Positions 62,963 through 64,000 of a stretch of 64,000 nt of DNA are shown piece by piece (the stretch's first letter is position 1; every line of letters begins with the position of its first letter). Source of the DNA: Psilocybe cubensis (lineage: Eukaryota); assembly GCA_017499595.2 (NCBI GenBank), contig CM039000.1, positions 2,170,001 to 2,234,000 on the forward strand. The letters are read 5' to 3'. Under the pieces are notes generated by a model. The model was not told the DNA's origin, did no database searches, and worked only from the letters and a program-made list of their open reading frames with translations. Position numbers and translations under genes: made by a program.

Positions 62963-64000
62963 TTATGATCGCTTGGTCGTCTGTTTCTTGGGCGCTTTGG
63001 CAGCAGGTTTGGCGGCATCCTTCTTTGCGGGAGTAGCTTTCTTTACGGACGCTTTCTTAGCGGCGGTCTTAACCTTGGTGGTGGTAGTTTTGCCAGTAAC
63101 AGCCTAAAAGAATAAAAATAAATATGCGAAATCTAATTTAGGAGTTAAAGATGCACGAGCCTTCTTTGCTGGTGCTTTCTTGCTGGCAGCCATTGTCTTC
63201 TTTGTTGTGGATGCGGTTTTAGCTTTGGGTTTGCCAGCCAAAACTTTCTTGGGGGCGGGGGTCTTCTTCACGGCTGTGGTGGCTTTCGGTTTCGCGGGGG
63301 CAGCCTTCTTGGGAGCGGCCGTCTTCGTGGTGGAGGGTTTGGAAGCCTTGGGTTTGGCAGTAGTCGCAGAGGCCTTAGCAGCCTTAGGTTTAGACGCAGC
63401 GGCTTTGGGCTTGGTAGCGGGCTTGTTCTATACAAAGTAGATTAGCAATGAAGTGAATTGCGAAAGAAGTACATACCTCTTTGGCGGCGGACGAATCAGC
63501 AGCAGGTTTGGACTTGGGAGCAAGTTTGACTCGCCCAGAAAGACCTAAGTAACGGCGAGCATTAGCATACAGAATGATGTTATAGCCGGGTGGGCATATG
63601 CATACCCTTGGGCAGGAAGAAGACACCCTTCTCGGCGCCAGACGTAATAGCCTTGGATAACTGGTTGACCTGAGCAGCACCAATTTCAAGCTTATACTTG
63701 GTCTCAACATATCTACGAGCCGGGTCAGGCAAGTGCAATTGGATTGAATACGAAAAGCATGCACATACTTCTTGATTTGTGGGCGTGAGACTCCGATACG
63801 AGCATCCTCAGTGTTGGCAGCAATGCACTCCTATAGCAGATAGCAGAAGCGTTAGCTTATTATCCTCAAATTATATTAAAGCAGTGGGAGTGGTGCAGGA
63901 TGCATAATATAAAAACAATGATTGAAATACTAGATTTATGTGTCGATACACATACCCTATGCCCAGAGGCCAGGTATACAGTAGTAAAGATAAAAAAATA
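62963..64000 (-). CDS. Linker histone H1, 5' end uncertain or outside window
   Basis: ECIAANTEDARIGVSRPQIKKY..GVFFLPKGLSGRVKL followed by a K/A/P-rich tail. Confidence 0.9.

Noticed and set aside
28273-64000. Functional cluster of cell-cycle and proteostasis genes
   Set aside because: A mixed set of housekeeping genes, adequately explained by ordinary gene-dense core chromosome.

Overview
Intron-rich fungal DNA from an Agaricales-type basidiomycete (about 50-nt GT-AG introns, FunK1 kinases, Hsp90 ending MEEID). The window has three parts. (1) Positions 1-~21,515 are an accessory, TE-like block. It holds a large coiled-coil gene with near-identical 672-bp internal repeats, a ~670-bp inverted repeat around a 2.7-kb spacer, and a mosaic of decayed host-gene fragments (importin-beta, Doa10, Pex3, SFC1, a possible PX-like piece) mixed with LINE pieces and microsatellites; the Doa10 and SFC1 pieces keep their introns. 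The block ends in a dense two-orientation TGTTTGA/TCAAACA array terminating in CAGTG (= CACTG). I infer this is the right end of a >21-kb cargo-carrying CACTA-like transposon whose left end and transposase lie outside the window. (2) Positions 21.7-27.7 kb hold two tandem, apparently intact FunK1 kinase paralogues. (3) Positions 28.3-64 kb are tightly packed core genes: Hsp90, TSC1, NAC-alpha, TRM9-like, ALG13, an MDR oxidoreductase, CRM1, TMA20, SRR1, an Ecm13/SERTA-like protein, CDC27, CCT1, CDC25, IAH1, SEN34, EI24 and histone H1. All homology calls come from recognising motifs by eye, with no database search, and exon coordinates were derived manually.
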